Below are positions 1-10,617 of a DNA stretch of 64,000 nucleotides, in pieces. Each line of letters begins with the position of its first letter. The stretch's first letter is position 1. The stretch comes from a virus (taxonomy: Duplodnaviria; Caudoviricetes): positions 64,001 to 128,000 of IMG/VR virus record IMGVR_UViG_3300028887_000067; one strand, given 5' to 3'. Position numbers and translations under genes: made by a program. The notes below the pieces were generated by a model that was not told the DNA's origin, ran no database searches, and saw only the letters and a program-made list of their open reading frames with translations.

Positions 1-20
1 ATGTGTAGCCATATCTCCCC

Positions 21-2207
21 CTACATCGACGCGGCAAGGGTCTGGTCATGCGTGAAAACCATATCCCAAGTGTTCTTGTTTTTAAGGTTGTCGTTCAAAA
101 TAAAGCAGGGGACGGACGGCTGAGGCGCCGCTCCCATCGCAATATCCGGATGCGGTTTTTTCGGGTCCTGCCAAACTTCCACGTGGAACGCGGGGTCCTT
201 GACTTTCGGGCCACCATATTCAGCCGGGCCCATAAACGCCTTCAAGTAACCTTCAAGCTTGGTCTCGTAGCAGGCCACGTTGAAACGCTTCATCTGCGCC
301 TCGGATAGATGGAACTGCTTCCTAGTTTCGGTCGGGCCAATATCAACCGCCTGTATGACGTTTTGGTCATATCCGTGATTGGAAACAGGCGTGCCGGCAG
401 CGAGAAACTCTTCGCACTTCTTCTGCATATTGGCCTTGGCCTCCTTCATGGCGGCAGGGTCTTCAATTTTCTTCAGGGTGCCGTTATTTACGCGCTTGGC
501 AACCTTGGTATACTCCTCGTCAACAGCCTTTCCAGGAGCCCTATAATTCACCGATATCTGTCCGTTATGACTCTGGCGGTTGTTGAACATCACACGGGCT
601 TGGGCCTCGGGACTGCGATACACAGAAGTAATGACAACGCCGGGAACTTGTGCCTTCGCCATTATATAGCGAATAGTGGCCATCGTCGTATCAGACACTG
701 CATTGGAACCCTTTTCCGCCCTGTTAAGCACCTTGAAATTTTCTGGGTCAATCGGCAACGCAATGTTCTTATTCTCATACACGAGTATCGTGCCCTTCAT
801 CAGCCAACCAAAATTCCGCTTCAACAAATGCGGCATCGACTGCTCGGCGGGAACCGGCGTCTTTCCAAACGCGATAGTGTCGACACCGCACTCGCGGTAG
901 ATCTTGTTAGCCTCGTCGATACGGCGACGGCGCAAATGGTAAGCGTTTGGATTTGTGTCATACGTCATATGCGACAGAATGTCGGCAATCAGCTCGAAAT
1001 GAAGATAGGCGAGCTTACTGTCCTTTGGGACTCCGTTGGCCACGAGAACATTCTTACCGTAATCAGATTCGGTCGCATTTACAACTTCCTTGTTGTCATT
1101 CAGATACTTCATTCCAGGAAGCATATGGAGCGTCATCGTCTTAGAAGAACCGATTAGATAAGCCATTCCGACGTTGGCGCAATAGGATATAAAACCAGAT
1201 TCGGGACAAATGTTCGGGTCGACTGCAAGACCGTTGGTCTGCAAATAACTGCACACGGCCGTCTTTACCGCCTCCGGGCAGGAGTTGTGCGTGATGCAAC
1301 CCCAATGCAGGTAAGCCCAGTTGTTATCATTCTTGATGGCGCCCCACAACATGAGCTGAACCATCTTGAAATATGCCAACTGCAACTGTCCCTCGGTAAG
1401 CTCGAAATCCTTCTCCTTGTCGGTCAGTTCGGAGTACATCTTTCCAGAAACCGCGTAGAGATGGTTGAACTCCTCGGCGGAAAGCCCGTTCTTCGCGTCA
1501 CCAACCGGATTCCCCTCATCGTCAATATCGGGAACGGAGAAAATCATCTTGAGAACGAGCAAGCGTGCTACGCCGCCCGTATTGAGCTTGATTCCCGCAC
1601 CGATAGCCACACCGCCGTCGTCCGCCTCGTACAGGCGATTCGACTTGAAAGTCTCGTGGTCGTAAAGGAACGTCCAATCAGGAGGATATGAACCCTTCTT
1701 GAACGCATTCGCAAAACTTATAGGTAGGCCATTGAAACCTATACAGATCGGCGGGATTACATCCGGGTCGAACTTACATCCGCCCTGGATGGCGGCCACC
1801 AGGCTGGAAAGCGACTGACGAGTAGCCTCTGCGGCTCCATTGGTCAGTCCGCCAAGAGCTGCACCGATTCCGTCAAGTTCAGCGGCTGACATAGAACCTC
1901 GCTGGTCCAGCTTGTTGATTATTCCGTCCACGCCTGGGTAAAGTACGCCATATTCGTCGTTACTGAGATAGTCCTGCAACATGTCGGCGATCGCGGCGCA
2001 CAAGTCAGAAATCCTGTGACGGTTGTATTCGGGAACGGACGCCCGTTGCCACGGGGTCAAGTTGTTAGCCTCGTCAGCGATATCGAAAAATCCGTGCTTG
2101 TTCATGATTTCGTAAAACTTGCCGGAAGTACCCTTGGCCTTCTCGGTAGCCTTCTCAATCATTCCCTTGGTGCGCCCGGAAAAATGTCCGTTCAACATTC
2201 CATTCAT
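21..2207 (-). CDS. Virion-associated peptidoglycan hydrolase: lysozyme/pesticin-like muramidase domain plus C-terminal M15-family Zn peptidase
   Basis: DWTFLYDHE...GGVAIGAGIKL and RRRRIDEA resemble phage/pesticin muramidase motifs. ITSVYRSPEAQ...SNHGY...AVDIG...PAFHVE gives an M15 H-D-H Zn site. Start moved from TTG 2231 to ATG 2207 because TTATAAACT lies at 2215-2223. Confidence 0.6.
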   Translation of the reverse strand: MNGMLNGHFSGRTKGMIEKATEKAKGTSGKFYEIMNKHGFFDIADEANNLTPWQRASVPEYNRHRISDLCAAIADMLQDYLSNDEYGVLYPGVDGIINKLDQRGSMSAAELDGIGAALGGLTNGAAEATRQSLSSLVAAIQGGCKFDPDVIPPICIGFNGLPISFANAFKKGSYPPDWTFLYDHETFKSNRLYEADDGGVAIGAGIKLNTGGVARLLVLKMIFSVPDIDDEGNPVGDAKNGLSAEEFNHLYAVSGKMYSELTDKEKDFELTEGQLQLAYFKMVQLMLWGAIKNDNNWAYLHWGCITHNSCPEAVKTAVCSYLQTNGLAVDPNICPESGFISYCANVGMAYLIGSSKTMTLHMLPGMKYLNDNKEVVNATESDYGKNVLVANGVPKDSKLAYLHFELIADILSHMTYDTNPNAYHLRRRRIDEANKIYRECGVDTIAFGKTPVPAEQSMPHLLKRNFGWLMKGTILVYENKNIALPIDPENFKVLNRAEKGSNAVSDTTMATIRYIMAKAQVPGVVITSVYRSPEAQARVMFNNRQSHNGQISVNYRAPGKAVDEEYTKVAKRVNNGTLKKIEDPAAMKEAKANMQKKCEEFLAAGTPVSNHGYDQNVIQAVDIGPTETRKQFHLSEAQMKRFNVACYETKLEGYLKAFMGPAEYGGPKVKDPAFHVEVWQDPKKPHPDIAMGAAPQPSVPCFILNDNLKNKNTWDMVFTHDQTLAASM

Positions 2208-2263
2208 ATTTCGCAGTTTATAATCTTCCAAGGCGTGTACCTAAGAAATTAGCTCATAACGAC

Positions 2264-2292
2264 AAAAAAGCCGTCCCTCGCGGGACGGCTTC
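2264..2292 (-). terminator. Rho-independent terminator of the 2311-4176 gene
   Basis: On the minus strand AAGCCGTCCC-GCGA-GGGACGGCTT is followed by a T run. Confidence 0.85.
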
Positions 2293-2310
2293 CGGATACT
2301 ATCTAATATC

Positions 2311-4176
2311 TTATCCGTTGCGCACTGATTCGACCAGCGCATCGAGTTCAGCCTGCAGAGAGGCATTATCGTTTACAGCGGGAGCCGGATCCTGGGTAGC
2401 CTCGAGCTTCGGCTCTTCCTTCGGAGTTTCCTTAGGAGCCTCGGCGACGGGGGCCGGTTCAACCTTTTCGGTAGATTCCACCACCGGCTCAGCCTTGGGC
2501 TTCACCTCGATGGACTCGAGAAGAGAGTTCAACTTCGAACCGAGGGTTTCGGCCGGAGTCGGCTGAACGGATTCAACCACCGGTTCAACCTTGGCCGGTT
2601 CTTCCTTGGTTGCCTTAGCTGCTTCGAAAGCGGCCTTGGATGCCTTGGCGTACTCACCAACGATAGACTCAATCTTCGCGGCCTTCTTGCGAGCGGCCTC
2701 GTCCTTGTGGAACTGGGCAATCACACTCTCGACCTGGGCCTTAGCCTTGGCCTTACGATCGGCCTTGTTATAGGCCTCTATCTGAGCCTGCACCTTTTCG
2801 GCGATGTAGTCGGCGCGGAACTGGCCGGTAATCGCTTCCACCTTGGCGGAAATGTCGTCAGTGCTTTCCTGGACGGGCTGAGATTCGTCGGCCTTGGCCG
2901 GCGTACCACATTCCTGGACGGGCTGAGTTTCATCCGTCTTGGCCGGCGTACCGCATTCCTGTACAGGCTGAGTTTCGTCCGCCTTGGCGGGAACACCGCA
3001 TTCCTCGACAGGAGTCGCTTCATCGGCGGCAACGGCTTCACCTTCCGGAATAGCCTCTTCCTTGGCGGTTTCCTCAACCTCAGTAACGTCGGCGTTTTCG
3101 GTCAGGACTTCCGCTTTCTTGGCAACGGCCTCGAAATCGAAATCATCGTCCTTGTCGTCTTTCGGTTCGTCCTTGTCGCCCTTGTCATCCTTGGGTTCGT
3201 CCTTCGGTTCATCCTTAGGTTCGTCCTTTGGCTCGTCCTTCGGAGCGTCGTCGCCCTTCGGGCCTTCATCGCCAGCAGGGGCGGCATCGCCACCAATGTC
3301 GGCATCGAGGTCGCCGAGTTCGGCATCCATATCAGCGTCAAGTCCATCCAATCCGTCAAGCTTGCTCGCATCGAGGTCGTCTGCTGGGGCAGGTTCGCCA
3401 CCGAGCTCAGCATCCATGTCGGCATTGAGGGCATCGTCGATACCGCCCGCCACGCCATCAACCGGAGCTACTCCGTCGACAGGCGGCTCAGGAGAAGCCA
3501 GCGGGTCTTCGGCAGGAGCGGCAAGCGGATCAGCGCCGAGGCCGTCGTCGACATTCGGCTCGAGAGTCGGCTGGTCAGGTTCGACGGTCGGAGGAACCGG
3601 GTCCATCACAGGAGCGGCGCCGTCAGCCGTCGGGTCGGCCATCGGGTCGGCGGGAGCGTCTGCCGGAGCACCTGCATCGTCGGCACACGGGGCGAAGTCA
3701 GGGTCAGTCTGCGTTCCGTTCGGCTGTGCATCGGACACGTTCTGGGACTGCTGGACATTCTTGGCGTTGGAAATGGTCTGCTGGATGAAGCCTTCAAGGT
3801 CGCCCTTGATCAAGGAACCACCACGGGCAAGGGACGCGCACTGCACACCCTGGCACAGACCGGCGATATCGCTACGGGTAATCGTTGAGCCAGGAAGCTT
3901 AGCGGCCTGCTTGGCAAATTCATCGATCACGAAACGCTGGGTAGCTTCGTCCTGGAGGTCGTCGCCCATCTGTGCGAAAGTCTCGCTCGTATCGCCGAGG
4001 TTGGGCTCGTTGGACGGGTTGACAGTCATCAGGTCATCGAAAGACTTCGGTTCGAAATCCTCCGCAGGGGGCAGACCAAGGTCCATCTGGCTGCCTACAG
4101 ATTCCAGTTCAGCCTTCGCATCATCAAGGGCGAAGATGTCCCGAACTGCCTTCTTGTTCAAATCTGCCTGTTTCAT
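2311..4176 (-). CDS. Acidic low-complexity late protein, prohead core/scaffold-like
   Basis: 621 aa, very D/E/P/A rich, with many hydrophobic-x-E|S/A/C motifs. AAAGGA RBS and TAATAAACT at 4220-4228. Confidence 0.5.
   Translation of the reverse strand: MKQADLNKKAVRDIFALDDAKAELESVGSQMDLGLPPAEDFEPKSFDDLMTVNPSNEPNLGDTSETFAQMGDDLQDEATQRFVIDEFAKQAAKLPGSTITRSDIAGLCQGVQCASLARGGSLIKGDLEGFIQQTISNAKNVQQSQNVSDAQPNGTQTDPDFAPCADDAGAPADAPADPMADPTADGAAPVMDPVPPTVEPDQPTLEPNVDDGLGADPLAAPAEDPLASPEPPVDGVAPVDGVAGGIDDALNADMDAELGGEPAPADDLDASKLDGLDGLDADMDAELGDLDADIGGDAAPAGDEGPKGDDAPKDEPKDEPKDEPKDEPKDDKGDKDEPKDDKDDDFDFEAVAKKAEVLTENADVTEVEETAKEEAIPEGEAVAADEATPVEECGVPAKADETQPVQECGTPAKTDETQPVQECGTPAKADESQPVQESTDDISAKVEAITGQFRADYIAEKVQAQIEAYNKADRKAKAKAQVESVIAQFHKDEAARKKAAKIESIVGEYAKASKAAFEAAKATKEEPAKVEPVVESVQPTPAETLGSKLNSLLESIEVKPKAEPVVESTEKVEPAPVAEAPKETPKEEPKLEATQDPAPAVNDNASLQAELDALVESVRNG
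2866..3015 (-). repeat. 45-bp coding tandem repeat (ECGTPAKADETQPVQ), about 3.3 copies
   Basis: TTCCTG/TTCCTC-initiated units start at 2866, 2911, 2956 and 3001. Confidence 0.9.
3150..3262 (-). repeat. 12-bp coding repeat (PKDE/PKDD)
   Basis: Translation PKGDDAPKDEPKDEPKDEPKDEPKDDKGDKDEPKDDKDD. Confidence 0.85.
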
Positions 4177-4243
4177 TTATAGTATCCTTTGTTACAGCCG
4201 ATTAGGCCAATTTTCCAATAGTTTATTACGCGGTTAAGATTTT

Positions 4244-5842
4244 TTAATTTTCGTCATAGGCGATAACAAGGTCGGGTACGCAATAACCCGGAGGCGAGCT
4301 CCCGCTGACTTCCAGCTGCAAGTAGACATAGTCAGTCTCGCCGGCCTGCAACGGGTTATAGATACCGCCATCCACCCGACACAGGTTGTACTGCCCGCAC
4401 ATCGAGAGCTGCTGGTTGTAGACGTAGCTTCCCATCCCCGGACGAGAGACGCACTGGTAAGCGTTGATGCACTTGCCCGCCTTCAACACCAGTTCTGGGT
4501 CAACATCGATCACTTCGGCGTCGGTTCCGCCATTGGTAACGTAAACCCCGTCGACCACCACGTCATCGACAAAATTCGCAATCGGCGAATGCGGATTCCC
4601 TATGAAACGCAACGGGTATGACCCGCCGGCCCTGTTAACGAATCGGTACACCTTGTTGAGGTCAAACGTCAGCATCGGACGGCGAACGCCGCCCACAATG
4701 TAGCTGAACTGACCCAAATTATCGCACTCGGCCATAACCTCGTATACTTCCATCGGCTTACCCTTGAACAGGTGCGACTCGTCATAGTAAGGACGGCCTT
4801 CCTCAGGAACACTCCGATAAATGAACTCGTTGTTCCCGTTGTCCTCAGTTACAAACCATCCATCGTTCGGGACATACAGCTCGTGCATAGGAGACCCCGG
4901 ACGAACATATGTCGGAACGAAACTGACCGCGTTGGTGTTCATCAGTCTTGCAGGTACGACAATATGGCCCGTGTTGAAGTTCGGGTTCCCATTGACGGGA
5001 GGAATCTTGTATACGAGCCCATGCTTTCCCTCATTGGCCATCAGGTCAATGACCTCGCCAGTTATCGGATCTCTGTCATAGACGACGAGGTACAGCGAGT
5101 TACCCTCGACGTGGATATATTTCGACGGGAGCGAAGCGTTCAGGTCAATCTTTCCATCGGCATACGGGATGAACTGAACCATCGACGCAGTCGGCGCATT
5201 CGTATTGTTCACGAACTCGATACGGATTGGCCCGCCCTTCTCCTCGACAATCCGGTTGGGGTCGGTATAAGACGGGACCGGGATAAGAGGTTGGCGCTCG
5301 CCATTGAGGTAAATCAGGTTGCCGTAGCCGCAATCCTTGTACTCGACTACATATCTGTACGTAGACAGGCGCTGGTCCGGAAACTGGCCATACTGACCCG
5401 CAACAGTCAGATAAAACGGGTGTTCCTTGCTGTAATTCCAGATATCGTTCACCGCGATTCCGGATTTTTGGTTTGTCGGACGGCTATAAGAAACAGAATT
5501 GCCGATGTACAGCCTTGCAGCCAACAGATCAGTCGGGCGTTCGCCTACGGGGTATATGCGGATATTGCTGAGCTGTACATCGGGCGGATTAACCAAATGC
5601 AACTTGAACACGCTTTCCATCGAATATGCGTAGCAGTTCGGGTCGTCGGGCCGGTAAATGCAATATAGGGCTGACTCGCTTGCGTCGTCCGACGGAATCG
5701 TCATACCGGAACCCTGGAACTGCTCAGAACTATAGACGGAAGGTACGCACGTGTCGACGCGCTTGATACCGATAGAAGAGACCGGCGTACCGAAATCGCC
5801 GTCCCGTCCAGTATATTTCTTAATAATCACACTAGCCGACAT
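4244..5842 (-). CDS. Putative virion structural protein (beta-rich, tail/baseplate-associated)
   Basis: Y/G/P/N/V-rich sequence ending GETDYVYLQLEV...YDEN. Late motif at 5869-5877 places the start at ATG 5842 rather than 5899. Confidence 0.5.
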   Translation of the reverse strand: MSASVIIKKYTGRDGDFGTPVSSIGIKRVDTCVPSVYSSEQFQGSGMTIPSDDASESALYCIYRPDDPNCYAYSMESVFKLHLVNPPDVQLSNIRIYPVGERPTDLLAARLYIGNSVSYSRPTNQKSGIAVNDIWNYSKEHPFYLTVAGQYGQFPDQRLSTYRYVVEYKDCGYGNLIYLNGERQPLIPVPSYTDPNRIVEEKGGPIRIEFVNNTNAPTASMVQFIPYADGKIDLNASLPSKYIHVEGNSLYLVVYDRDPITGEVIDLMANEGKHGLVYKIPPVNGNPNFNTGHIVVPARLMNTNAVSFVPTYVRPGSPMHELYVPNDGWFVTEDNGNNEFIYRSVPEEGRPYYDESHLFKGKPMEVYEVMAECDNLGQFSYIVGGVRRPMLTFDLNKVYRFVNRAGGSYPLRFIGNPHSPIANFVDDVVVDGVYVTNGGTDAEVIDVDPELVLKAGKCINAYQCVSRPGMGSYVYNQQLSMCGQYNLCRVDGGIYNPLQAGETDYVYLQLEVSGSSPPGYCVPDLVIAYDEN

Positions 5843-5882
5843 AAAACCCGCGTGTTCACTTTTCCCGCAGTTTATAAGGTTT

Positions 5883-8800
5883 TCATCGGCCAAGGACATC
5901 GTTCGCTGACGTCATCCGGCCTTTTGTGATGAGCTTGAATATCTGCTCGTTCGTCAAGCCGGTCGTTCTAGCGTTGACCTGAACGTGCTCCTTGGTAAGG
6001 GAAGCCGTACGGATTCCGGCGAGCTGGGCATTAGACACCACCTTTTCATATATCGACTCATCGCCATCCTCCTCGTTGGCGCCCGCGCCACGGACGGTTC
6101 CATCGGTAGACCTAGGGGCCAGATCGTTGATGTCCTTCTGCTTGTAGATGTTGCGCAACTTATCAAAACTAATCAAGTCCTGCCCAGAAATCAGGCCAAA
6201 CTCATTCTCAAGCATATTCTCCATCGAGCGGTTCGGACTATCCTTGAACCTGTCGTACATCAGGTTGCCGCCGAATCCCTCGAACATCTCGCGAATCTTG
6301 TCGAACTCGTTCTTTATCTGGGTAGCCATGAGCGAATGGATCAACCTAGCGTCACCTCGCTCGACATTGCCTTCCCGGTCAAACCCCTCAACGAACGATT
6401 CCTCGCTGACCGTTTCCACCGGATAACCCATCTCAATAAGCTCCGCTTCAGTCTTGAATACGCCATCGAGCCAGATACCGCGAACCATATTCTGAACGCT
6501 GGCCTGCTTTTCGCCAAAGAAATTGCCCTTGGAATTCATATCATACACGGGAACAAGGTCGGTCGTCTTCATGTGCAGCTTTCCGTCCTTCACTGAAATC
6601 CACGCGCCGCCGTCGCCGACGGAATCGATATAGATCTTAGCGTCCGCATACAGGTTGCCAAGAACCTCCTGCACCATCGCCACATAATCCTCCGAGAACT
6701 TGGTGTCGACAATGTTGCGATACTTCTCGACGAAGTCGCCCGCGATAAGAGCCTTCGCCGCCGAGATACTACCAATCATTCCGTAATACATTATCAACTG
6801 CCTGTACGACTGGTCATTGAGCGATTTCCATTCGTTGATATTCGCCCTGTCGTCAAGGCCAGTGCCGTTGGCTCCCTGCTTAGCCTTCACAAGATTGACA
6901 AACTCGAGCACGTTGGCCAACACAAGGTTGTTCGGTACGACATAGTTGCGGATTTTCGACGGACTAACATAATGATGCCCGTTAATTACGATAGCGTTCT
7001 TGTAAGCGGAACCCTTGTTCAACACATAAGGAACGTTCCCCGACGGCGGATTGGAGTATACCATTCCCTTAGCATCAACGTCAACAAACCCAAGCGACGC
7101 GACAGGGTCTTCTTGGTTGAACATCGCGTCACGGAACTTAACCGCGTCCTTGTGCTCGACTCCTATCGGAAGGAACTCCCAATCGAAAATATTGGCACCC
7201 AACTTGAGACGACCGCACCACACGACATTCAGCGGCTTTCCGAATGCGCCATTACCGCAGGCAATCGTAAATCCTTCGGCGATGTCGATAAGTTTCTTCA
7301 TATCGTCGCTTCCGTCCTCGATTGGCATACCGGTCACGGCGTCATTAATGAGAATCTTGATAGCGAGACCATAGTTGTGCCATGACAGGAAAGCGCTCTC
7401 GGCACCGCCCGTACACATAAGTTCCTGGTCTTCAATCGAGCGAACCGTGTCGACCACCTCAACCTGGCCGACTCCATAGGCGTTACGCAAGATTCCAAGC
7501 AGTATTGACACGGCATCGTAAATTCCGAGCTGCGCCCGCATATCCCCGATTCGTTTCGAACTCGGCTTGAAAATCTTCCATCCATCGACCTTGTCTTCCT
7601 CGGCCGGGACCTCGCGAGTCACGCTCGCATACTTGTCCTGGTCAAAAGCGCCGTATGACTGGAAAGCCCAGCGACGAATTTCGCTGTCAAAAGGCAAGCT
7701 CGGCATACGATACTCAATCCTTACAGGAGTCAGGTCGTCGGACTTGCTAGTCGAGTCTAACGGCAAGTAAAGGCCATAGACAAAAACATTACTACCATCA
7801 GCAAGCGTCGAATTAGTAATTGTAAATTCGCTGACCGAACCGGAAATGGCCACGGGCACCTCGACTCCGTCGGCGTCATTCAAAACGAATTCGCCCGTCT
7901 TGAACTTAGTCATAGTGCCGATAGGTAGCTGTCCTTCCTCAACACCTTCCAGGTCGCCGTCGAACACGAGCGTGTCCCCATAGACGGTCGCTGGCTTTCC
8001 GATAGGAAAGAATTGTCTCGGTTCATCCGTATTCTGTGGATAAGCCGAATACACATCATTGTCAATGAAAGTAACCTCGGCCCAGCGCACTCCGATTGAC
8101 CGCTTCACCATCTTGTATCGGGTCTTAAAGAACCGCTTGTACTTAACCCGAACTTTCTTGTACATCAGTACAGGAACCATGAATCGTGCCGGCATAAAGA
8201 TATACGGGCACGGCAAGTCGCTCCTGTCGCCGACAAAAGAACGATTTTCGAACACGGATTCCCCGGAAAACGCCTGATACCACCTAATCTTGCGAATACA
8301 CGACATCAAGTCGTCATAGTCTTCCTTGGCTTCGCGAAGGTTGTATTTTTGTATAAGCAAGTAAGCCGGCCCAAGGAACCTTCCCTGGACATTAAGTATC
8401 GTATCAATCTCGTCGATAGCCTCGCCCATCACGTCGACGGCAAAATCAATACATCCGTCGATATCGGCATTAGGCAAATCACCCACGTTATCATAGGTCT
8501 CGTAAGACGGAACAAAGTCAAGGAAACTGATAACCTTTCCACCGGTAGAACAGGTATCCCAGTCAACAATCTCTATTTCCGTGGAGTCATCGAGCGTGGT
8601 GAAATAGTATACCCCGGTCGCGTCAATGGATGAAACCAACGACGAGATTTCCCTCATGACGATTTCTATGTAGGCGCGAGCCGTTCCCGTATACGGCAAC
8701 GACGTATATCCATTCTTGGCGGCGGTCACTATGTTGGCCGGGTCTTGAACAGCGTCAGTATCGTAGGCCGGGTTGTAAGCCATGATAGACATATCGGTCG

Positions 8801-10574
8801 ATACCGACTTACCATCAGCGTCGTTATAAGTCACGGTCAGACGATACGGCTCACCGGACGCCGCATCCTTGTCATAGTACCAACGGACATAACCCTCATC
8901 GCCTTCCTCCTTGTCAAACAGGTCGTTGTACAATCCGGTATAGTAATCGCACAGCATATCCTTAATTTCTGACACGGTTTTCTTTGAAGACGAAATGCTC
9001 CAATCATAATACGTAGATGACTGCACCGCATAACGGCAGGTCGAATAGAACAGGCCGGTTAGGGTACTCTGGTTCGGTATAAACGAGGCCGAATCATACA
9101 ATCCGATATGATACATCGATGGGTTCGATACCTCGGCGCCGAGATTGTACTTCACGGACCACCCGTAATCGCTGACCATGCGAACGCCGTGATTAAAATC
9201 CGGCGAAGCCGAATTATATGTCGGCATAGACAGGCGTTGCACATTATGGAACAAATGGTCAAGCAAGTTGGCACATGAAGCCACATCAAGTAGATAACGT
9301 TTAGGAATAGTCGTATCGGCAGGCTTGCGCAGTCGAAGGAGCTCGTTGTTCAGCTTCCTCTTCAAGGAAGACGACATGAACGAGCGGACACCCTTCACCG
9401 ACTTAATGCTACGATAAGTAGCGAAATACTTGTCATTAAACTCCTCGGCAAGAGTATCGGCGTGGTAATAAAATTTCTTGAACGCATCCGACACGTTAGG
9501 AATCACGGCGGTAACGTTCGATATGGTATTGCTGGTACCTTCTTCACTGACCACCGTCTCCTGTCCAACTAAATCCGGCAACGGATTCTCGTCACCACGA
9601 GCCTTGCACTTCGAAACAAAGTCATTCAGGTATGTGTAATAGTCGTCGAATTTCAATCGAGACGAACGAGGTATGTCCGTCTTGGTCCAGTCACCTTCGT
9701 CGATTACATTGCCATCTTCATCTCGGACCGGCTCGGCAAGGGAATCGTCATAGTAAGTGACCTTGATTCCCATATTGTTCTGTTCCAAGATTTCACCTAT
9801 TTCGGCGAGTTTCGACTTGAACGAATCGTAGCGCTCCACGCCAATCCAATTCTTCTTGGTCTGCCGGCTATACCATTTCCAGCCGTGATAACGTTCGCCG
9901 AACATACCGAGCGCACCCATCGCCCTACGCATATCCACGACACCAAAACGCAAATCCCAAGGATTCTGGTTGGTATCGGAAAAAGACGGGCTCGTTGGGT
10001 CTATCATAAGCATACCGGCGGTCGGCTTGTTTTCCGCCTTAGACACATTGGCAACATTCTGCAGACGAACCCTAGGAACGAAGGCAATAGTTATGTCGTT
10101 TACGGGACTACCCTTTCCGTCAGAAACTATGTAGATAGCATTGACAAACGGGCCAGCGGAAGCTCCATCCGACGCCTCGTAGGCCACCGCGCCAGCCGTC
10201 AACGTAACCGGCCCCATCGGTGCCCTAGATTCAGGAATACGGACCAGGCCGGCCTCCACCAGGATGTCGACCGGGCAAGCTTCAGCGATAACAAGGTCAC
10301 TACTCTCGGTACCCTGTACGGAAGAATAATTGATGCGAACCGTGGAATTGACATCGACCAAGGATGTAGCGTTCGCGTAACCGATGCCGCTGATCTTGTA
10401 CATGACATTGTTCGTCACATACTCGTTCATGCTAACATCGTCAGCGCTTCCGTCCTCGTTACCGGATTCCGAGCTGGCCGTGCTCTTCAGATCGATACCG
10501 CTGAGATCGAGATGTATCTCGGTCTTCACCGATTTCTCGGTGTAGAACTTCTCAAAATCGAATAAACCGGCCAT
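5883..10574 (-). CDS. Large virion protein (1563 aa) with a degenerate M15C-like peptidase domain
   Basis: DTVRSIEDQ...SWHNYGLAIK...WCG at about 7170-7460. Late motif at 10602-10610. Confidence 0.55.
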   Translation of the reverse strand: MAGLFDFEKFYTEKSVKTEIHLDLSGIDLKSTASSESGNEDGSADDVSMNEYVTNNVMYKISGIGYANATSLVDVNSTVRINYSSVQGTESSDLVIAEACPVDILVEAGLVRIPESRAPMGPVTLTAGAVAYEASDGASAGPFVNAIYIVSDGKGSPVNDITIAFVPRVRLQNVANVSKAENKPTAGMLMIDPTSPSFSDTNQNPWDLRFGVVDMRRAMGALGMFGERYHGWKWYSRQTKKNWIGVERYDSFKSKLAEIGEILEQNNMGIKVTYYDDSLAEPVRDEDGNVIDEGDWTKTDIPRSSRLKFDDYYTYLNDFVSKCKARGDENPLPDLVGQETVVSEEGTSNTISNVTAVIPNVSDAFKKFYYHADTLAEEFNDKYFATYRSIKSVKGVRSFMSSSLKRKLNNELLRLRKPADTTIPKRYLLDVASCANLLDHLFHNVQRLSMPTYNSASPDFNHGVRMVSDYGWSVKYNLGAEVSNPSMYHIGLYDSASFIPNQSTLTGLFYSTCRYAVQSSTYYDWSISSSKKTVSEIKDMLCDYYTGLYNDLFDKEEGDEGYVRWYYDKDAASGEPYRLTVTYNDADGKSVSTDMSIMAYNPAYDTDAVQDPANIVTAAKNGYTSLPYTGTARAYIEIVMREISSLVSSIDATGVYYFTTLDDSTEIEIVDWDTCSTGGKVISFLDFVPSYETYDNVGDLPNADIDGCIDFAVDVMGEAIDEIDTILNVQGRFLGPAYLLIQKYNLREAKEDYDDLMSCIRKIRWYQAFSGESVFENRSFVGDRSDLPCPYIFMPARFMVPVLMYKKVRVKYKRFFKTRYKMVKRSIGVRWAEVTFIDNDVYSAYPQNTDEPRQFFPIGKPATVYGDTLVFDGDLEGVEEGQLPIGTMTKFKTGEFVLNDADGVEVPVAISGSVSEFTITNSTLADGSNVFVYGLYLPLDSTSKSDDLTPVRIEYRMPSLPFDSEIRRWAFQSYGAFDQDKYASVTREVPAEEDKVDGWKIFKPSSKRIGDMRAQLGIYDAVSILLGILRNAYGVGQVEVVDTVRSIEDQELMCTGGAESAFLSWHNYGLAIKILINDAVTGMPIEDGSDDMKKLIDIAEGFTIACGNGAFGKPLNVVWCGRLKLGANIFDWEFLPIGVEHKDAVKFRDAMFNQEDPVASLGFVDVDAKGMVYSNPPSGNVPYVLNKGSAYKNAIVINGHHYVSPSKIRNYVVPNNLVLANVLEFVNLVKAKQGANGTGLDDRANINEWKSLNDQSYRQLIMYYGMIGSISAAKALIAGDFVEKYRNIVDTKFSEDYVAMVQEVLGNLYADAKIYIDSVGDGGAWISVKDGKLHMKTTDLVPVYDMNSKGNFFGEKQASVQNMVRGIWLDGVFKTEAELIEMGYPVETVSEESFVEGFDREGNVERGDARLIHSLMATQIKNEFDKIREMFEGFGGNLMYDRFKDSPNRSMENMLENEFGLISGQDLISFDKLRNIYKQKDINDLAPRSTDGTVRGAGANEEDGDESIYEKVVSNAQLAGIRTASLTKEHVQVNARTTGLTNEQIFKLITKGRMTSANDVLGR

Positions 10575-10597
10575 GAATCCACCAATTTCAACTACTT

Positions 10598-10616
10598 CCG
10601 CAGTTTATAAGGTTTT
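10598..10616 (-). promoter_or_regulatory. Late-type promoter, with an identical 19-mer at 5865-5883
   Basis: AAAACCTTATAAACTGCGG at both sites. Confidence 0.8.
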
Positions 10617-10617
10617 A

